Source: Acidimicrobiia bacterium (GTDB taxonomy: Bacteria; Actinomycetota; Acidimicrobiia; Spongiisociales; ZC4RG35). From it: a stretch of 64,000 bases of DNA. Below are positions 59,142 to 64,000 of this stretch, in pieces. How positions within the stretch are numbered: the first letter of the stretch is position 1; the number at the start of each line of letters is the position of its first letter. Made by a program: the position numbers and the translations under genes. The stretch is taken from contig OZ253443.1 in assembly GCA_965261135.1 (NCBI GenBank), positions 1,424,521 to 1,488,520 on the forward strand. The letters run 5' to 3'. The notes beneath the pieces were generated by a model. The model made no database searches, was not told the origin of the DNA, and was given only the letters and a program-made list of their open reading frames with translations.

Positions 59142-59855
59142 ATGAAAAGCAACGGCGGTCGTGCGGCGGCGATACTGCTGGCCGGAGGAAAGGGCGCGCG
59201 CTCCCGGTTTTCCGCCAACAAGGCATACATCCCGATCGGCGGGCAGCCCATGATCAGCTATTCCCTCCAGACCTTGGACCGCTCCTCCTGGGTAGCCAGA
59301 TTGGTGATTGTGATCAGACCCGAGGACCGGGAGACGGCCGAGGAAGTGGTGGAACAAGCCGGGGTCGCCACTCCCTGGCTGATGGTGGCAGGGGGCGAAT
59401 CCCGCCACGCCAGCGAAGACCAGGGACTCAAGGCCCTTTCCGGGGAGATCACCGGGGGACGGATCGACCTGGTGGCCATTCATGACGGCGCTCGACCGTT
59501 CGTGACCCCCCGACTTCTCGACCAACTCTTCTCTGACGCCCACCGTCACGGCGGCGCCGTGCCCACCTTGGCGGTGGAGGTCCCCACCCATCGTCTGGCC
59601 AAGGACCGGGAGATCGCCCTACTGGACCAGAGCAGGCTTCACCGAGCGCAAACCCCCCAGGTCTTCTCCGCTCCGGAGCTTCTCTGCGCTTACCGCCGTG
59701 CGCAGCAGGCCGGATTCAAGGGAGTGGACACCGCCGAGACCGTGGAGCGGTTCTCCGATCTGAAGATAAGAGCCACGCCCGGGGATCCGGACAACCTGAA
59801 GCTCACTTTCCCCGAGGACTTCGCCTTGGCCGAGACCATGACAAAGAAGACCTGA
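59142..59855 (+). CDS. ispD: 2-C-methyl-D-erythritol 4-phosphate cytidylyltransferase
   Basis: AILLAGGKGAR...KAYIPIGGQPMISYSLQTL and the hallmark RAQTPQVF. Confidence 0.9.
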   Translation: MKSNGGRAAAILLAGGKGARSRFSANKAYIPIGGQPMISYSLQTLDRSSWVARLVIVIRPEDRETAEEVVEQAGVATPWLMVAGGESRHASEDQGLKALSGEITGGRIDLVAIHDGARPFVTPRLLDQLFSDAHRHGGAVPTLAVEVPTHRLAKDREIALLDQSRLHRAQTPQVFSAPELLCAYRRAQQAGFKGVDTAETVERFSDLKIRATPGDPDNLKLTFPEDFALAETMTKKT

Positions 59856-59909
59856 TCGTCTGCCGAGGTCGCCTGGGCGACTGCGCTAGGTTTTTTGGGG
59901 TTTCAGCGC

Positions 59910-60410
59910 TCACTGGCCGCCGCGTTTGACTCCACCGTATTTCATCCGGGTATCGCTCATGGCCGCCGCCCGCTTCGTGTCATCGCGAATGCCGGCGTCT
60001 ACCACTTCGCCCACGAACAGCGTGTGCGTGCCTAGATCAACGGCCCTCCGCACCTCACAGTCCATGAAGGCAATGGCGTCCTCGAACACGGGTGCGCCGG
60101 TCTTCCCGATCCGCACCGCCCGGTCGTTGAGGGTCATCTCCCGCCGGATGGCCGGCTTCGAGAATTTCACGAAAACACGCTTGTCCCCGGGATCCCACAG
60201 GTTGATCGTGAAGCTTCCTCCTTCGGAGATCAGCCGGTGGGTCACCGCGTTGTTGTCGACCCCGATCCCGATCAGGACCGGTTCCATGGAAAGCTGGGTG
60301 ATCCAGGAGGTGGTCATCCCGTTCCAGGTCTCCCCGGAGGCGGAACCGACCAAAGCCAGAGCGTTGGGAATCTTCCAAGTGACCTTGTTTACGAGTTGGT
60401 TTTCTAACAT
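59910..60410 (-). CDS. Flavin reductase-like (NADH:flavin oxidoreductase, FMN-binding split-barrel) protein
   Basis: LVGSASGETWNGMTTSWITQLSMEPVLIGIGV...HTLFVGEVV. Start uncertain (M at 60410 or 60437). Confidence 0.7.
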   Translation of the reverse strand: MLENQLVNKVTWKIPNALALVGSASGETWNGMTTSWITQLSMEPVLIGIGVDNNAVTHRLISEGGSFTINLWDPGDKRVFVKFSKPAIRREMTLNDRAVRIGKTGAPVFEDAIAFMDCEVRRAVDLGTHTLFVGEVVDAGIRDDTKRAAAMSDTRMKYGGVKRGGQ

Positions 60411-60429
60411 CCCCTGTATTCTGGCAGAT

Positions 60430-60924
60430 ATGCGCATCTTGGTTTGCACCTCGGGTGTGCTACAGGCACCACCGGTAATCGACTTTTGCGCCCGACTGGT
60501 GGGCGATCGCGGAAAAGTCGTGATCCTGACCGTGGTCCAGGTACCCCAATCCTTGCTGGGCCAGTTCCAGCGCAAGCCCCGTTCGTTCCTCTCAGAGGAC
60601 CCCGAAGATCCCCCCGGGCAGGCCTCCGCCGCAGAGGCGGATTACGTCCGGGAACGGGGCAAGCGGGCGGTCGCCACCCTGGCCAGCGGGTTCCGGGCCG
60701 CAGGGATCGACCCGGAGGTCACCTACGTGGCAGGTCAAGACATGGCAGAGGCGATAGTGGCCCAAGCCGAGGACATGCAGGCCGATCTGATAGTGATGGG
60801 GGCCACCCGTCAGCTCTTCGAAACCGAGGTGTGGTCGTCGGTAACCGCCCGGGTCGGCCAGGAATGCGAGCGGCCCCTCCTGCTGATGCCCACCCGATCC
60901 CCCGAAGACGCCAAGACGCCATAA
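60430..60924 (+). CDS. Universal stress protein (UspA family)
   Basis: MRILVCTSG...DLIVMGATR; USP alpha/beta fold. Confidence 0.8.
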   Translation: MRILVCTSGVLQAPPVIDFCARLVGDRGKVVILTVVQVPQSLLGQFQRKPRSFLSEDPEDPPGQASAAEADYVRERGKRAVATLASGFRAAGIDPEVTYVAGQDMAEAIVAQAEDMQADLIVMGATRQLFETEVWSSVTARVGQECERPLLLMPTRSPEDAKTP

Positions 60925-60970
60925 GCGCGACAACGCCTCCCAAGTGCGGGGAAGGCGTATTGAGGGGAAC

Positions 60971-61006
60971 CCGCCGGTGTGGGCGGCGACCCGCACACCT
61001 CTTTTA
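60971..61006 (+). terminator. Candidate intrinsic terminator of uspA (imperfect GC hairpin ggtgtg..cgg / ccgcacacc followed by TCTTTT)
   Basis: Seen in sequence ~45 nt after the uspA stop. Confidence 0.45.
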
Positions 61007-61312
61007 ATTGTCTGGGTTCCCTCCCGACCCGCCGCCGCCGTTCCGGTGAAAATTTTCGGATAGGCGCAGGGCCTTTCCGAACCGAGGATTCGGTCGTCGG
61101 CTGGATGCTCGTCTCCGGTGAAGCGTTGTCAGAAGGCCGCCCGCTCAGGAGAACAAGACTTGGTGATGATCGGAGCGGTCCGGACCGCTGGGATATTTAT
61201 CTCCCCACTATGTGACGCCGCTGGGGCAATTTCAAGCCTCAGACCCTGAGTTCTTTCGGAGAAATTTCGCGACTTCCCTCTCTGACTGACGACGCCTTCC
61301 CAAGGAATGCGC

Positions 61313-62125
61313 CTAGCGAACACCCCTGGCCCGGTTGATTGTCTCCCACAACCCAGACGCTGCTCCGGCCATGTCGGACGCGGTGGTTATTCCCCTTGAG
61401 CTGTTGATGATCAGTCCTCTCCCATCCGAAGTGAGCCCCGCTTCCAACACCTCCTCCAACCGCCCGCCCTGGGCGCCCACTCCCGGCACCAGAAAGGTCA
61501 TGTCGCCGACCAGATGCCGGGCCGTCCGCAGGTCGTCGGGCCGGGTGGCGCCCATCACCAAGAGACAGTTCCCCAGGACGTTCCAATCCTCGGCCACCAT
61601 CCGGGCCACCCGCTGCCAAAGCGGCTCTCCCTCCACCTCCAAGACCTGCAAATCGTCGGCGCCAGGATTGGAGGTACGGCACAGGATCACACAGCCCCGG
61701 TCCGCTCGATCCAAAAAGGGCCGGAGCGCGTCCCTTCCCAGCCAGGGATTCAAAGTCACCGAGTCGAAACCCATCCGGTCGAACAAAAACCGCGCATAGG
61801 CCTGGCTGGTGGCGCCGATATCGGCCCGCTTGGCGTCCCCGATCACCGGGATGCCGGGATGCTCGGATGCCAAATATCCCATGATCCTCTCCAAAGAGGC
61901 GATCCCCGCAGAGCCCCTCGCCTCGTAGAAGGCCAGATTGGGCTTGAATGCGCACACATAGGGATGGGTCTGGGAAATGACCTGTCGACCCCATTCGAAC
62001 AAGGGGTCGCACCCCCCGCCCGGCCCCTCCTCCAAGACCAGCCCCGGAGCGGGGTCCAATCCCACACAGAGCAGGCTTGCGGCCTCTTCCATCCGGGCCG
62101 AGAGCCGTTCGGAAAAACCGGCCAT
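61313..62125 (-). CDS. pyrF: Orotidine-5'-phosphate decarboxylase, type 2 (long, Mycobacterium-like form)
   Basis: LCVGLDP...VCAFKPNLAFYEA...VIGDAKRADIGAT...LCRTSNPG, with the catalytic D-A-K-R-x-D intact. Confidence 0.85.
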   Translation of the reverse strand: MAGFSERLSARMEEAASLLCVGLDPAPGLVLEEGPGGGCDPLFEWGRQVISQTHPYVCAFKPNLAFYEARGSAGIASLERIMGYLASEHPGIPVIGDAKRADIGATSQAYARFLFDRMGFDSVTLNPWLGRDALRPFLDRADRGCVILCRTSNPGADDLQVLEVEGEPLWQRVARMVAEDWNVLGNCLLVMGATRPDDLRTARHLVGDMTFLVPGVGAQGGRLEEVLEAGLTSDGRGLIINSSRGITTASDMAGAASGLWETINRARGVR

Positions 62126-62761
62126 CTAGAACTCCGGCTCCCACCGGTGAGGGTCGGACCACCACCGCCGCGCCTCCGCCACCACCTGTGGGGAGACATC
62201 TCCCCGCTCCGACGCCGTCTCCAACAACTCCGAGAAAGGAACCAGAAGCAAAAGCTCCACGCCGACTTCCATAAAAGCAGAGAAAGTCTCGGCAAAACCA
62301 TATCCCGCCACCGCCAGACAGACCGTCACCTCCCCACCCTCCTCCCGAAGGGCCCGAACCGCATCCAGGCTGGAGCCCCCGGTGGTGACCACATCCTCGA
62401 CCAGCACCACCCGCCGTCCCCTGACATCCGCCCCCTCCACCGCTCGCCCCCGGCCGTGCCGCTTGGCTTCCTTGCGAACGAAACAGGAGGGAAGCCCCGC
62501 CGCGTAGGCCACGGTCGAACTGTGCGGAATTCCGCCCGCCGCCACCCCCGCCACCACTTCCGGCGCCCCGCCCGATTCCCGAAGACTCTCTCCCAGCCCC
62601 TCGATAACCGTCCGCCATGCGGAAGGATCTCCGATCAGCCGCCGGATATCCATATAGACCGGAGAGCGGATCCCGGATGCAAAGGTGATGGGCTCATCGG
62701 GACACAAGATCAGCACCCCCGCCCCCAACAAAGCCTCCGCGGCCGTCCGCGCTGCAGTCAT
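62126..62761 (-). CDS. pyrE: Orotate phosphoribosyltransferase
   Basis: FASGIRSPVYMD; PRPP-binding VLVEDVVTTGGS. Confidence 0.85.
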   Translation of the reverse strand: MTAARTAAEALLGAGVLILCPDEPITFASGIRSPVYMDIRRLIGDPSAWRTVIEGLGESLRESGGAPEVVAGVAAGGIPHSSTVAYAAGLPSCFVRKEAKRHGRGRAVEGADVRGRRVVLVEDVVTTGGSSLDAVRALREEGGEVTVCLAVAGYGFAETFSAFMEVGVELLLLVPFSELLETASERGDVSPQVVAEARRWWSDPHRWEPEF

Positions 62762-63870
62762 CGGAGCTTTTTGGACTCGGAGAGAATCAGAGCCGGGGCG
62801 GTCGGACCACGAAACACCAGAGCGCTCCAATACTGGATGGCCGCGGCCCCCCGGTCCCGAAATGCCTGATAGCTAAGGCCGTCCAGCACTCCCCCACAGC
62901 CCACGATCTCGAATTCCAGTCCCGACTCCCGGCGGGCCGAATCCAGCTCCTCTACTACATCCAAAGCGCGGGGATGAAGAGAAGACCCTCCCACTCCCAC
63001 TCCGATCTCGGTCCGCGAAAGCCGGCCCGGAGCGGTGTTGGTGGCCACTATCGCCTCTGCTCCCCCCTCCACCGCGGCTCGAACGACCTGACCGTAGCGG
63101 TCCATCCCCAAATCCGGGGCCACCTTCACCCACAGGGCGGTCTCCCTGGGGAGTTCGCAGCGGACCGCCCGGCACAAACCGGCCACCTCCTCTGCAAGGC
63201 CCGCATGGTCATAGCCCTGGGGCACGTTGGGACAGCTGATGTTCACCGTCGTCCAAGCGGGGCAGAGCCCGGCCTCCGCAAAAACCCGCACCGCCCCCGC
63301 CACCTCATCGCTGCGGAGGGAGGGATCGGTCTGATCGGGATCGGAGGCGATGCTGATCCCATACACATCGGGAAGGTCGCCCGAGCGCTCGCCCAGAAAG
63401 GCGGCTGCGGCTGCGGCGCCCGGGTTGCGAAGGCCCACCCGGTTGAGCAGGCTCTGATTCTCGGTGTGCCGCCACAGCACCTGTCCGGGGTTTCCCAGCC
63501 GCGGACGGGGGGTGAACGATCCCATCTCCACCGGTCCCATGAGAGCTGGAACCGACCGCCACCCGGGGATGATGTTCCGACCCGCCGCCACGGCCTGCAT
63601 CGCAGCGCCCTCGGTGGCGAATCCCTCCCCCTTGACCAGCCCGGCCGCCAGAACCAGCGGCGAATCGAGGCCCACCCGACCCACCTCGGTGGGCGAATCG
63701 GAGCGCCGTCGGTAACGGGCGGCCACATTGCAAAGACCGGGACGGCGATCGAGTGCTCCCAATCGCTTGATGACCAGCCGATGCGCCTCGTCGGCTGATC
63801 GGGCGAACAAAACCCGGCGGAGCACCCGGTATGTGGCCTCTACGGCGGCGAGTTCAAGAGATGTTGGCAT
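62758..63870 (-). CDS. pyrD: Dihydroorotate dehydrogenase (class 2, quinone-dependent)
   Basis: N-terminal membrane-association helix; GSFTPRPRLGNP, NISCPN and VATNT motifs. Confidence 0.85.
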   Translation of the reverse strand: MPTSLELAAVEATYRVLRRVLFARSADEAHRLVIKRLGALDRRPGLCNVAARYRRRSDSPTEVGRVGLDSPLVLAAGLVKGEGFATEGAAMQAVAAGRNIIPGWRSVPALMGPVEMGSFTPRPRLGNPGQVLWRHTENQSLLNRVGLRNPGAAAAAAFLGERSGDLPDVYGISIASDPDQTDPSLRSDEVAGAVRVFAEAGLCPAWTTVNISCPNVPQGYDHAGLAEEVAGLCRAVRCELPRETALWVKVAPDLGMDRYGQVVRAAVEGGAEAIVATNTAPGRLSRTEIGVGVGGSSLHPRALDVVEELDSARRESGLEFEIVGCGGVLDGLSYQAFRDRGAAAIQYWSALVFRGPTAPALILSESKKLR

Positions 63871-64000
63871 AGAGGTTCGATCCGAATCCCTTCGGCGCCA
63901 GGACTTCACCGTCCTCAAAGGCCACCGCACCCCGGATAACCACTCTTCTTATCACTCCCCACACTTCCATTCCGGAAAACGGTGTCCAGCCACATGAAGT

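Noticed and set aside
61239-62618. 459-aa glycine-rich ORF on the minus strand
   Set aside because: It overlaps pyrF and pyrE, which have intact catalytic motifs in other frames. The product is Gly/Arg repeat-like with no family resemblance.
1-64000. CRISPR arrays, rRNA genes, IS elements or transposases
   Set aside because: No regularly spaced short direct repeats, no rRNA-like conserved stretches, and no transposase or integrase ORFs were seen. The only repeated DNA is the DUF222/HNH element.

Overview
High-GC (roughly two-thirds G+C), actinobacterium-like chromosomal core region; almost all genes lie on the minus strand. Reading the minus strand from high to low coordinates, the window holds: (i) a pyrD-pyrE-pyrF (type-2 OMP decarboxylase) operon at the far end; (ii) uspA, a flavin reductase and ispD; (iii) a DUF222+HNH 'REP13E12-like' repeat (copy 2); (iv) a Tad/Flp pilus locus (tadZ-like, tadA, tadB, tadC, flp, two tadE-like genes) followed by a ybaK gene interrupted by one in-frame TAG; (v) polX, an H+-pyrophosphatase, a histidine phosphatase and dinB; (vi) a complete division/cell-wall (dcw) cluster, mraZ-rsmH-ftsL-ftsI-murE-mraY-murD-ftsW-murG-murC-murB-ftsQ-ftsZ-pgeF-ylmE-sepF-ylmG-divIVA, that has no murF; (vii) ileS (+ strand), a DUF167 gene, a DksA/TraR-like gene, lspA, rluD, a rhomboid protease and dnaE; (viii) a SWIM zinc-finger protein and an MNT/HEPN toxin-antitoxin pair with a frameshifted HEPN; (ix) DUF222+HNH repeat copy 1, in direct orientation with copy 2 about 43 kb away; (x) an MFS transporter, aroC-aroK-aroB, efp, a single ORF fusing NusB to CarA, carB, an OMP-decarboxylase-like protein lacking the catalytic residues, mIHF, gmk, rpoZ, coaBC and the start of metK. 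No rRNA, tRNA or CRISPR array was recognised. The main oddities are the NusB-CarA fusion, the apparently dead ODCase paralog at the canonical pyrF position, the dispersed DUF222/HNH repeats with a TA/SWIM accessory insert next to copy 1, the amber-interrupted ybaK after the Tad locus, and a dcw cluster without murF. All functional calls rest on motif-level reading of the translated ORFs; no database searches were run.
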